A stretch of 64,000 nt of DNA from assembly GCA_050261175.1 (NCBI GenBank), contig JBLNDA010000125.1:10343-74342 (forward strand), given 5' to 3'. Within the stretch, counting starts at the first letter, position 1. The number at the start of each line of letters is the position of its first letter. This stretch comes from Clostridia bacterium. GTDB taxonomy: Bacteria > Bacillota > SHA-98 > UBA4971. This document shows positions 1 through 8,057 of the stretch, in pieces. Under the pieces are notes generated by a model. The model saw only the letters and a program-made list of their open reading frames with translations, searched no databases and was not told the origin of the DNA. A program made the position numbers and the translations under genes.

Positions 1-1223
1 TCCCTGGCGCGTGCGGCGGAGAGGCATTTCTCGACGATGGCCCGCGCCGCGGCCGGCTTCTCCTCGAAGAACTCGGCGAGCGCCTCCGCGACTACCGAGT
101 CTACGATGCCCCGGATCTCGGTGTTGCCAAGTTTGGTCTTGGTCTGCCCCTCAAACTGCGGGGCGAGCAGCTTCACGCTGATGACGGCGGTGAGCCCTTC
201 CCTCACGTCGTCACCTGTGAGGTTCTCCTCGTTCTCCTTCAGCATCCCGACTTTCCTGGCGTAGTCATTGATAGTACGCGTGAGGGCCGAGCGAAAGCCG
301 CTGAGGTGCGTGCCGCCCTCGGTAGTGTTGATGAAGTTGGCGAAGGAGAACGTGTTGTCCACGTACCCGTCGTTGTACTGAAAGGAAACCTCCACCGAGG
401 CGTCGCCGACGTCGCGCGACACGTAGAATATGTCGGGATGGATGGGATCCCTGTTCTTGTTCAGGTGCTCGACGAAAGACACGATCCCGCCCTCATACTG
501 GAACTCCACGTTCTTCCCTTCGCGCTCGTCGGCGAGGGTGATCCTCACGCCGCGGCTCAGGAACGCGAGCTCCCGCAGGCGGTGACTGAGCGTGTCGAAG
601 CTGAACTCCGTGGTCTCGAAGATCTTCCGGTCCGGGAGGAACGTTATGGTCGTGCCGGTCACGTCGGCAGTCCCTTTCACCTCGAGGTCTGTCACGGGCT
701 TTCCGCGCTGGTAGCGTTGGCGATGCACTTTGCCTCCCGACCGGACTTCCACCTCGAGCCACTCTGAGAGGGCGTTCACCACGGACACGCCGACCCCGTG
801 CAGGCCGCCAGACACCCGGTACGCGCCGCCTCCGAACTTCCCGCCGGCGTGCAGCATCGTGAGGACGACCTCCACGGCGGGCCTCCCCGTCTTTGGATGG
901 ATGTCAACGGGGATGCCTCTTCCGTTGTCCGCCACGCGCAGCGAGCCGTCCTTCTTGATGGTTACGTCTATGGCGTCGCAGTAGCCAGCGAGAGCCTCGT
1001 CGACGGAGTTGTCCACGACCTCATACGCAAGCTGGTGGAGCCCGCGCGCGCCCGTGCTGCCGATGTACATGCTGGGTCTCTTCCTCACAGCCTCGAGACC
1101 CTCGAGCACCTGGATCTGCTCGGCGCCATACGGCGCCTCGAGAACGGCCTTGTCTAGGCGCGCATTGGGTTGGGACCCATAGCCGGCCTGATTGTTCGAT
1201 GCATTACCGATGACGTTACCCAT
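1..1223 (-). CDS. gyrB: DNA gyrase subunit B, 5' part (about 407 codons; ORF runs off the window start)
   Basis: Own translation of the minus strand from the ATG at 1223 gives MGNVIGN...[47 protein letters not shown]...[15 protein letters not shown]...QTKTKLGN. It is absent from the ORF track because there is no stop inside the window. It sits in the canonical position downstream of recF. Confidence 0.95.
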   Translation of the reverse strand, partial: MGNVIGNASNNQAGYGSQPNARLDKAVLEAPYGAEQIQVLEGLEAVRKRPSMYIGSTGARGLHQLAYEVVDNSVDEALAGYCDAIDVTIKKDGSLRVADNGRGIPVDIHPKTGRPAVEVVLTMLHAGGKFGGGAYRVSGGLHGVGVSVVNALSEWLEVEVRSGGKVHRQRYQRGKPVTDLEVKGTADVTGTTITFLPDRKIFETTEFSFDTLSHRLRELAFLSRGVRITLADEREGKNVEFQYEGGIVSFVEHLNKNRDPIHPDIFYVSRDVGDASVEVSFQYNDGYVDNTFSFANFINTTEGGTHLSGFRSALTRTINDYARKVGMLKENEENLTGDDVREGLTAVISVKLLAPQFEGQTKTKLGNTEIRGIVDSVVAEALAEFFEEKPAAARAIVEKCLSAARAR

Positions 1224-1339
1224 GATACCGCCGCTCTTTCCATGAGAAAGTCGCCAATCTTGGCTGAAGAGTGCGTCTTTCAACCGCCAAGAACCGTGAT
1301 GTTGTCACCACGGTTCCTGGCACGGTGCCCCCTGGGATC

Positions 1340-1367
1340 ATTGTACCAAACTTACGTTTGGAGTCAA
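1340..1367 (-). promoter_or_regulatory. Putative sigma-A-type promoter for gyrB (TTGACT, 16 nt, TGgTACAAT)
   Basis: The minus strand reads TTGACT (1367-1362), a 16-nt spacer, then TACAAT (1345-1340) preceded by TGg (extended -10). It lies about 115 nt upstream of the gyrB ATG. Confidence 0.45.
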
Positions 1368-1395
1368 CCCGCGTTCACGCACCGCATTCATGGTA

Positions 1396-1713
1396 TTATA
1401 CCGCCGGACCCTTGTCAACGACGGGGGCCGGCGCGCCCGCGCCCTGGAGGTCGGTGTGCACGACCTCGAGGCGCCTGCGCAATGTCGCAAGGGATATGGG
1501 GGATAGGTACACAACGGAAGACGTGACAACGACGCACCTGGGCTCTTGCCCGTCACCCAGCCCGTCCACGGAGACGACTCGATGGCTTCGCCCTTCATCC
1601 GTTCGCGACAGGAACTCCGCTGAGAGCGGAGACTTCATCGCGGTCTTCAAGTCGAGCATGGCCACGAGGTCTCGCACAGCTACGCTCACCTGCCCTCCGA
1701 TATGTACGAACAA
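1396..1713 (-). CDS. DUF370 / RemB(YaaB)-like small protein
   Basis: The 105-aa product has the N-terminus MFVHIGGQVSVAVRDLVAMLD, typical of the DUF370 family. It lies between recF and gyrB, as yaaB/remB does in Bacillus. Confidence 0.7.
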   Translation of the reverse strand: MFVHIGGQVSVAVRDLVAMLDLKTAMKSPLSAEFLSRTDEGRSHRVVSVDGLGDGQEPRCVVVTSSVVYLSPISLATLRRRLEVVHTDLQGAGAPAPVVDKGPAV

Positions 1714-1718
1714 CTGTA

Positions 1719-2264
1719 TCAGCTCCTTGTTCGTTCCTGCGCGCTGGATGGCTCGGTCTGCATGGGGCCGGTGCCGTCACCCCGTTCGCCCACGCTCATC
1801 CTGGCGGCCGTCGCAGCCCGGGCGAACGCCGCCCTAACCTCCGGATCAGCGATCGCGGCCGAGAGGGTGTCGATCTCATCCATCTCGCTCCGGCTCAGTC
1901 TTCGCCCCGCGCGCAGGCGGGCCGCGACCCCGTCCCCGACCGGTGCCCCAGCGTGCCTGTCCCTGCTCCCTGGCTTAAGAGATCCCCTGACCTGAAACCG
2001 AACGTCCACGATCGTGCCTTTTCCAAGGTATCTGTTGAGTTTCTTGATGATGTCCGCTTTCAGAAGCGACAGCTCGTTGGCCCAGACCGAGCTCTCTACC
2101 GCCACGAAGAGAACCCCGTCCTTGCACCGGGTTGCCCTGGATGCCCTGGCGGCGGTGGATCCTACGGCCTCAGCCCAGAGATCTACCGCCCGCGCTCTCC
2201 TGGCCCGCCGCAACATCCCGAGCCGCTTGAGTCCTCCATCGAGCGCTTCCCGCAGCCGGACCAC
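1719..2264 (-). CDS. DUF721 (DciA-like) protein
   Basis: The N-terminal half reads ...AVDLWAEAVGSTAARASRATRCKDGVLFVAVESSVWANELSLLKADIIKKLNRYLG, which matches my recollection of DUF721. It is immediately downstream of recF (the recF stop at 2266 is 2 nt away). Confidence 0.6.
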   Translation of the reverse strand: MVRLREALDGGLKRLGMLRRARRARAVDLWAEAVGSTAARASRATRCKDGVLFVAVESSVWANELSLLKADIIKKLNRYLGKGTIVDVRFQVRGSLKPGSRDRHAGAPVGDGVAARLRAGRRLSRSEMDEIDTLSAAIADPEVRAAFARAATAARMSVGERGDGTGPMQTEPSSAQERTRS

Positions 2265-2265
2265 T

Positions 2266-3420
2266 TCAGTTCACCTCTTCCACACGCCCCGCGTTCACCC
2301 GAAAGCGCTTCACAGGGCCGCCCGTCTCGCCGAGCAACCTTTCGTCGGTGGTCGTGATGATGGTCTGCACCCGGTCGTTGAGGTACTCCCAGAGTCGCGC
2401 CCTCTTTCCGGGGTCGAGCTCGCTCGAGACGTCGTCGAGGAGGAGGATTGCATCCTCGCCGACCTCGCTCTTCACGAACTCCAGCTCGCCCAGCCTGAGT
2501 GCGAGGAGGACGGAGCGCTGCTGGCCCTGGGAGCCGAACACCCTCATGTCCACGCCGTCGACGAGGAAGCTGACCTCGTCCCTATGGGGACCGACCAGCG
2601 TCACGCTGCGCATCAGCTCTTCAGGACGGGCCTTCTGGAGTTCGCGCCGGAAGGCTTCTTCCAGCTTCCGCAGCGTCTCGCCGTCGTCGCCCCGCATCGT
2701 GGCGAGTGGTGCCATGCTCGCGTGGAAGGATGGCCTGTATACCATCTCGAAGGCGCCGTCAGGGGATATGTGGCGGTGGGTCACCTTCGCAAGTATGGAC
2801 AGTCTCCTTATGGCCTCCGCCCTCTTGAGCATCACCCGCGCCCCAGCGGCGGCGAGTTGCTCGTCCCATACGTCAAGCGCGCAGTCGCGCCTCGCGGGCG
2901 GCAGAGAGTCGTAACGCGCCTCCTTGAGAAACGCGTTCCTTTGAGCGAGGATCCTCCGGTATGCGGAAAGATGCCTTCGATACGCGTCGCTCACCGCGCC
3001 TATCTCCGTGTCGAGAAAGCGCCGTCGCTCCACGGGGCCGCCTTTTATCATCCGCAGGTCATCGGGGCCGAAAACCACGACGTTGGCGGCGCAAACGTTC
3101 TCGACCGACGCGTCGTGGGGGACTCCGTTGAGCTTCACGGTCTTGCCGGCTTCTCTCGTGCAGCCTACCTCCACGAGGAGCGGCTCTCCGCGACGAATGA
3201 ACCGGCAGGCCGCGTAGAAGCCGCTCTCGCCCCAAGAGATGAGGTCGGCGTCGCGGGAGGTCCGGTAGGACGATCCCGTCCCGCAGAGGTACACAGCCTC
3301 CAAGATGTTCGTCTTGCCCTGGCCGTTGTCACCGGTAATGACGTTTTTCCCGGGGACCGGCTCGAGCTCAGCGGAAGCGTAATTCCTGAAATGCCTGAGC
3401 TTCAACTTCTCAAGCACCAT
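2266..3420 (-). CDS. recF: DNA replication/repair protein RecF
   Basis: MVLEKLKLRHFRNYASAELEPVPGKNVITGDNGQGKTNILEAVY (Walker A) and ...LLLDDVSSELD (Walker B/signature region). The start is taken at the internal Met (3420) rather than the ORF-track start at 3501. It overlaps the yaaA stop. Confidence 0.9.
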   Translation of the reverse strand: MVLEKLKLRHFRNYASAELEPVPGKNVITGDNGQGKTNILEAVYLCGTGSSYRTSRDADLISWGESGFYAACRFIRRGEPLLVEVGCTREAGKTVKLNGVPHDASVENVCAANVVVFGPDDLRMIKGGPVERRRFLDTEIGAVSDAYRRHLSAYRRILAQRNAFLKEARYDSLPPARRDCALDVWDEQLAAAGARVMLKRAEAIRRLSILAKVTHRHISPDGAFEMVYRPSFHASMAPLATMRGDDGETLRKLEEAFRRELQKARPEELMRSVTLVGPHRDEVSFLVDGVDMRVFGSQGQQRSVLLALRLGELEFVKSEVGEDAILLLDDVSSELDPGKRARLWEYLNDRVQTIITTTDERLLGETGGPVKRFRVNAGRVEEVN

Positions 3421-3706
3421 CGCCGGCATCCCCCGCAACCTCGAAGGCCTGACGCGCCCGCTCCCCGGCGCCGGCGCCACCCGCCTCCACCGCGCCCCCA
3501 CTGGGGGTTACGGCCACCACGTCACCGGGACGGAGTTTCCTCCCACGGCGCAGCTCCTGGCGGCCGTTCACGGTGACCCGTCCTTCCTGGACCAACGCCT
3601 TGGCCTGGCCGCCGGTGGGCGCGACGCCGGCCCATTTGAGAAACTGGTCGAGCCTTATCTCCGGGCTCGTGATTGGGACTCTCACGGGCTTGTCGGCGGC
3701 GCTCAT
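3410..3706 (-). CDS. yaaA: S4-domain RNA-binding protein YaaA
   Basis: IRLDQFLKWAGVAPTGGQAKALVQEGRVTVNGRQELRRGRKLRPGDVV is an S4 fold signature. It lies between dnaN and recF as in Bacillus, with an ATGA overlap with the dnaN stop. Confidence 0.8.
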   Translation of the reverse strand: MSAADKPVRVPITSPEIRLDQFLKWAGVAPTGGQAKALVQEGRVTVNGRQELRRGRKLRPGDVVAVTPSGGAVEAGGAGAGERARQAFEVAGDAGDGA

Positions 3707-4899
3707 GAGTTCACCGTCACCGGCATTATGAGGTAGAGGTAGTCCGTGCTTTCGTTTCGAGCTTGTCTCAGCACGACCGGACTCACGGGACCCGTGACTT
3801 CGATGGCAAGCTCGTCGTCGGCCACGGCCCGCAGTGCATCAAGGAGATAACGAGCACGGAGAGCCGTCTCTCCTCTCTCCCCCTCGGTCGCCCCGACCGC
3901 CACTTCCTCGAAGGCCATGCCGACGTCGGGAGCGTTGGCGCTTATGCTGAGGGTATCTGCTCCGTATCCCAGCTTGACCGTGCCGAACTCGTCCTTTCCG
4001 AGGACGGCCACACGCTCGACCGCATCCAGGAGCCTCAGCCTGTCCACGACCATCCGGGTCTTCCAGGCTTTAGGGATCACCCGGTCGTAGTTGGGGAACT
4101 GCCCGTCGATGAGCCGGCTCACGATCGTCGTCTTACGGCATTTGAAAGCCACCTGATTCTGTGAAGCAAAGATCTCGACTTCGCCGCTCTCGTTTTGGAC
4201 TATCCTTCCGACCTCATTCAGCGCCCGCGCGGGGACTATCATTTGTCCCGTACCAGCTTCGCTTGAGGCGGTATTCCCTCCGTCGAGCGTAACCTTGCGG
4301 AGCGCCAGCCTGAACGTGTCAGTGGCGGCCAACCTCGCCTCGTTTCCGCCGAAGGACATGAGAACGCCGGTGAGGAACGGGCGGTTCTCGTCGGTGGCGG
4401 CGGCGAATGCAGTCTGCCTCACGAACTCGGAAAGGTCCTTCCCTTGAACCTTCCACCACACATTTCCTTCCACCTGTGGGAAGAGCGGGAACTCAGCGGC
4501 CTCCATGGAGTTGATACTGTACACCGCCTTCCCGCTCGAAATGGTAGCGACTCGCTTTCCTGGGTCAAACTCGATCCTGACTTCCTTCTCGGGGAGACGC
4601 CTCACTATCTCCCCAAAGTATCGGGCGGGAAGCACCATTGCGGCGTGGCCCGTCGCGCTCACCGGCATGAACGTCTCCACGGACAGCTCGAGGTCGGTTC
4701 CCACCAGGCGAAGGCCTTCAGCTGTGGTCTCGATGAGAATACCCGAGAGGATCGGTAGCGTGGTTCGCGACGACACGGCCCGTTGCACCGTGGCGGCACC
4801 CGTAGCCAAATCGTCCCTCTCACACGAGACTTGAACTGGTGTTTCCACCGGACTCCCCGTTTCCATGCTTGTCTGGCCGAGTGTCTCAAGGCTATCCAT
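3703..4899 (-). CDS. dnaN: DNA polymerase III beta sliding clamp
   Basis: ...TTLPILSGILIETTAEGLRLVGTDLELS...RLIDGQFPNYDRVIP...YLLDAL...MPV. An alternative start is Met12 at 4866. Confidence 0.93.
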   Translation of the reverse strand: MDSLETLGQTSMETGSPVETPVQVSCERDDLATGAATVQRAVSSRTTLPILSGILIETTAEGLRLVGTDLELSVETFMPVSATGHAAMVLPARYFGEIVRRLPEKEVRIEFDPGKRVATISSGKAVYSINSMEAAEFPLFPQVEGNVWWKVQGKDLSEFVRQTAFAAATDENRPFLTGVLMSFGGNEARLAATDTFRLALRKVTLDGGNTASSEAGTGQMIVPARALNEVGRIVQNESGEVEIFASQNQVAFKCRKTTIVSRLIDGQFPNYDRVIPKAWKTRMVVDRLRLLDAVERVAVLGKDEFGTVKLGYGADTLSISANAPDVGMAFEEVAVGATEGERGETALRARYLLDALRAVADDELAIEVTGPVSPVVLRQARNESTDYLYLIMPVTVNS

Positions 4900-5037
4900 G
4901 ATTGTCGAATCCCCCTCTCGCTATTGAAGTCAAAGTCTGAAGTCAAAGTCGAACCGAACTCGAACGCAAGCGCGGTGCCAAGGGCGCTGCTTTGCTGCCT
5001 TTTTGCTGCTTTGATGATGCGTGATCCGTTTGTACGG

Positions 5038-5270
5038 TTGTCCACAGGGCTGTACTCCGGATCGTCTTTGTTAGTACATGTACAGTTCCTTAGTACTAGT
5101 AGTAGGGGCTGTGGATTTGTGGATAAGCCCGGCGGCGCGTTGAGGCGCGCGGCGTTTCGGTGTGGACAAACCTGTGGATTTCGTCACGGCCTGTCCACAG
5201 TATACACAGGCCGAGAGAATTCGACACGTTAGCCACAGGAAATCCACAGGTTATGAAGGGTCTATCCACA
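5038..5270. other. oriC: oriC part 2 (dnaA-dnaN spacer): DnaA-box array plus a candidate unwinding element
   Basis: DnaA boxes (consensus TTATCCACA / TGTGGATAA): 5038-5046 TTgTCCACA; 5110-5118 TGTGGATtt; 5118-5126 TGTGGATAA (perfect); 5161-5169 TGTGGAcAA; 5173-5181 TGTGGATtt. Further boxes: 5191-5199 cTgTCCACA; 5229-5237 TTAgCCACA; 5240-5248 aaATCCACA; 5262-5270 cTATCCACA. The AT-rich stretch 5070-5105 ends in TAGTAGTAG-GGGC directly abutting the tandem boxes at 5110-5126. Confidence 0.85.
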
Positions 5271-5316
5271 GGAAGCGCACAGTGTGCCCTGGCGCGGGCG
5301 CTATAGTGGGCCAAGG

Positions 5317-6669
5317 TCAAGTCATCTCCTTCAACCTGGCGATGATCGTGCGGATAGTGCCTGCAAGGGCCTCGTCCTCTTCCATGTCCGCGCGTATTTT
5401 CGAGCAAGCGTGGAGGACCGTAGTGTGATCCCTGCCTCCGAAGGCGAAGCCGATTGTGGGAAGGGATTCCTCAGTGAGCTCGCGGCACAGGTACATGGCG
5501 ACCTGCCGGGGATACGAGATGGTCCTCGTTCGCTTCTTCGCCTTCATGTCGTCGGTGGGGATCTGGTAGAACTCCGCGACCGCCTGTTGGATGTGGTAAA
5601 TCGAAACCTGTTTCGGCCTTTCGGACGGGATCATGTCTTTCAGACATTCCGCAGCTGTGGCCACGGTGACGGGGCGGTTGTGTATGGAGCAGTGAGCGGC
5701 GACGCGCGTGAGGGCGCCCTCGAGCTCACGGATGTTTGAGCGAATCTGATTCGCGATGTACGCAAGTACCTCGAGGGGCATGTCAAGCTGCTCGAGCTGA
5801 GCCTTCTTCTTGAGGATGGCTATCCGCGTCTCGAGGTCGGGCGCCTGTATATCGGAAATGAGACCCCATTCGAAGCGTGAGCGGAGCCTATCCTCGAGGG
5901 TTGGGATCTCTTTGGGCGGGCGGTCGCTGGATATCACAATCTGCTTGCCCGCCTCATGCAGAGTGTTGAAAGTATGGAAGAACTCCTCTTGGGTACGCTC
6001 CTTTTGCGCCAGGAACTGCACGTCGTCGATGAGCAGGACGTCCACGTTGCGGTATCGCTCCCGGAATTCCACGGTCTTGTCGTCCCTGATCGCGTTGATG
6101 AGGTCGTTCGTGAATCTCTCACAAGGCGCGTACACCACGCGCGTAGACGGGCTGTGCTGAAGGACGAAGTGCCCTATGGCCTGCATCAAGTGGGTCTTCC
6201 CGAGCCCGACGCCTCCATAGATGAAGAGGGGGTTATAGGCCCTGCCGGGAGCCTCGGCGACGGCGAGGCAGGCCGCGTGGGCGAACCTGTTGCTATTTCC
6301 CACCACGAAAGTGTCAAACGTGTACTTGGGGTTCAATCGGGTCGTGTACAGGTCGTCGCCCATGAGAGACCCGGCGTGGGCGGAGTCGTCCGCTTCCAGG
6401 TCGTCCGTCTTCTCCGACGGGACGGAGCAGACGAATGACACGTCCAGGTCCCGCTCCGTGAGGGCCTTGAGAGTCTGCCGGATGGGCTGCCGGTAGTTGT
6501 CGCTGAGGAACTTCCGGCCGATGTCATGGAGGGTCCGTACTACGAGCGTATTCCCGTCGATGGCGATTCCCTGTGTACCCCGCAGCCATGTCTCGAAACT
6601 GGGCTTCGGTATCTGCCCTTGCATCACCTCGAGAACCTTGGCCCAGAGCGTATCCGCACGTTCAAGCAT
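5317..6669 (-). CDS. dnaA: Chromosomal replication initiator protein DnaA
   Basis: 450 aa: ...NPLFIYGGVGLGKTHLMQAIG (Walker A), LLIDDVQFL, and a C-terminal DNA-binding domain ...YPRQVAMYLCRELTEESLPTIGFAFGGRDHTTVLHA. Confidence 0.97.
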   Translation of the reverse strand: MLERADTLWAKVLEVMQGQIPKPSFETWLRGTQGIAIDGNTLVVRTLHDIGRKFLSDNYRQPIRQTLKALTERDLDVSFVCSVPSEKTDDLEADDSAHAGSLMGDDLYTTRLNPKYTFDTFVVGNSNRFAHAACLAVAEAPGRAYNPLFIYGGVGLGKTHLMQAIGHFVLQHSPSTRVVYAPCERFTNDLINAIRDDKTVEFRERYRNVDVLLIDDVQFLAQKERTQEEFFHTFNTLHEAGKQIVISSDRPPKEIPTLEDRLRSRFEWGLISDIQAPDLETRIAILKKKAQLEQLDMPLEVLAYIANQIRSNIRELEGALTRVAAHCSIHNRPVTVATAAECLKDMIPSERPKQVSIYHIQQAVAEFYQIPTDDMKAKKRTRTISYPRQVAMYLCRELTEESLPTIGFAFGGRDHTTVLHACSKIRADMEEDEALAGTIRTIIARLKEMT

Positions 6670-6724
6670 AAGTCATTGACCCCCTGAAAGAAGGCTCAGC
6701 CTCGCCCGTCCGCTCACCGGCAGG

Positions 6725-7675
6725 TCATCTCGCGAGGCGGGCGAGGTAAGTCATGCCCCGCGAAGTGAGGCGCCGTTTGCCGCTCCCGTCGGCCGGCTCG
6801 ACGAGCCCGTACTCCTCGAGGGAGACGAGATCGCGGTAGGCGGTGCTGAGGCTCATGTCGAGCTCCTTCACGATTGTGGACGGCCCCGCCTCACCCTTTT
6901 CGGCGAGCACACGGAACACCTTTCGCTGTCGCTCCGAAAGTATCTCATCCAGCTTTTCAAACAAGCTCTTTTCCTGATCCGTCTGGGTGAAAGAGACCCC
7001 ATCGTCTCCGGCGCCTTTCCAGGGGCCCGGGAAAACCTCCGGATGGGGCCCAGGGAAAGGAGAGGCAGGAGCCCTCTCCCTGCCGGAGGACTTTTCGGAA
7101 ACCTCTGGAGGCGTTTCGGACGACTTGGAAAGCGAGGAAAGCGTGACCACACACCCGCGTTTCAGATTGTCCTCTATGGAAACCGAGCCGCCGATCGCGC
7201 GCATTGAGTCGCGGACGATCGGAAGACCCGAGCCGACCCCACGGATAATCTTCCGCATCTCGGTGGTGGCCGTAGTGAAACCAGGGAGGAATGCCTTCTC
7301 CTTCTCGATTATCCCAGGGCCCTGGTCTGAGACCCTTATAGTATTGCCGTCGGGCAGGATGCTTATGACCGCGTCTTGAAAGTCAGCGTGGAGGAGGTTC
7401 TCGACGATCTCCTTGATAGCGACGTACGGGAGTCGTCCTCCCTTTTCATGAGCGAAGGAGTACGCCTTCGAGGCAATCTCGTTGAGCAGCTCGGCGCAGT
7501 CCCTGCCCCTGACGTCGACGATTCGCGGCACGGTGCTCAGGGAGTCGTACACAGCTATGCGGACCTCGTGCTCTCCCTGTCTTCCACGCTGGGGCGAGTG
7601 ATCGGCGGATGGAGAGGGATGGACGAGGCGGCCGTGGGAGCCTTTTCGAAAGAGACGTGAAAAGACACCTGCCAT
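6725..7675 (-). CDS. GHKL (HATPase_c-like) ATPase fused to a C-terminal winged-helix (MarR/TrmB-like) domain; function unknown
   Basis: N box EIVENLLHA, G1 DQGPGI and G2 GVGSGLPIV are present. A low-complexity linker is followed by LSERQRKVFRVLAEKGEAGPSTIVKELDMSLSTAYRDLVSLEEYGLVEP...RLTSRG. The start is placed at Met113 of ORF 6725..8011, because the upstream 112 codons are translated DnaA boxes. The gap to dnaA is 55 nt. Confidence 0.7.
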   Translation of the reverse strand: MAGVFSRLFRKGSHGRLVHPSPSADHSPQRGRQGEHEVRIAVYDSLSTVPRIVDVRGRDCAELLNEIASKAYSFAHEKGGRLPYVAIKEIVENLLHADFQDAVISILPDGNTIRVSDQGPGIIEKEKAFLPGFTTATTEMRKIIRGVGSGLPIVRDSMRAIGGSVSIEDNLKRGCVVTLSSLSKSSETPPEVSEKSSGRERAPASPFPGPHPEVFPGPWKGAGDDGVSFTQTDQEKSLFEKLDEILSERQRKVFRVLAEKGEAGPSTIVKELDMSLSTAYRDLVSLEEYGLVEPADGSGKRRLTSRGMTYLARLAR

Positions 7676-7704
7676 GCCGTCTACGGCCCGCCTTTCGGTT
7701 GAAG

Positions 7705-7979
7705 TTTTCCACAGGGTTTTCCACAGCTGTGAAAAACTCTGCGGAGAAGGAACGCGCACAGGAAATCCATAGGTTGTCCACAACTTATCCACAAAAGCTG
7801 TGGATAAGATCGGCTGAGTCCAGAGAGGGGTTTCCACCTTTGAAAGGCCGGCTAGCTGGCCGTCCGCGATATCCACAAGTGATTCCGGAAAGGGTCGAAA
7901 GCCTTGTGGCGTCGTGACCCAAAACATCAACAGGTTACCCACAGAGTTATCCACAGGCTGTGAATAAGTCTGTGGGGAA
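7705..7979. other. oriC: oriC part 1: DnaA-box cluster upstream of the GHKL-wHTH/dnaA unit
   Basis: Boxes: 7705-7713 and 7717-7725 TTtTCCACA; 7728-7736 TGTGaAaAA; 7774-7782 TTgTCCACA; 7785-7793 TTATCCACA (perfect); 7799-7807 TGTGGATAA (perfect). Further boxes: 7869-7877 aTATCCACA; 7935-7943 TTAcCCACA; 7947-7955 TTATCCACA (perfect); 7959-7967 TGTGaATAA; 7971-7979 TGTGGggAA. Confidence 0.85.
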
Positions 7980-8057
7980 CTGGGAACTCTATACTTCTGA
8001 CCAGGCTGCATGGAAAGGCTGGAAAACCTCCGAAATCATATTAGCAGAGCTTTTCCA

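Noticed and set aside
2014-3576. A long (520-aa) plus-strand ORF, and similar giants at 11170-12441(-), 12541-13752(-), 14137-15414(-), 27828-28661(-), 29752-30825(-), 38158-39264(-), 40756-41970(+), 43221-44453(-), 49687-50718(-), 53550-54581(-) and 58970-60052(-).
   Set aside because: Each lies antisense to, or out of frame with, a gene with unmistakable conserved motifs (recF, mnmE, mnmG, rsmG, atpB, atpA, the ABC ATPase, proS, the C39-like protein, gcvPA, the radical-SAM gene, pstC/A). Their products are Arg/Pro/Gly/His-rich with no motifs. These are typical stop-codon-poor shadow ORFs of a roughly 65% GC genome.
7676-8011. The N-terminal 112 codons of ORF 6725..8011 (MQPGQKYRV...KLWTTYGFPV...LWKTLWKT).
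   Set aside because: This segment is the DnaA-box cluster read as protein; TTATCCACA-type boxes translate to the recurring LW/PQ strings. The real gene most plausibly starts at the Met at 7675.
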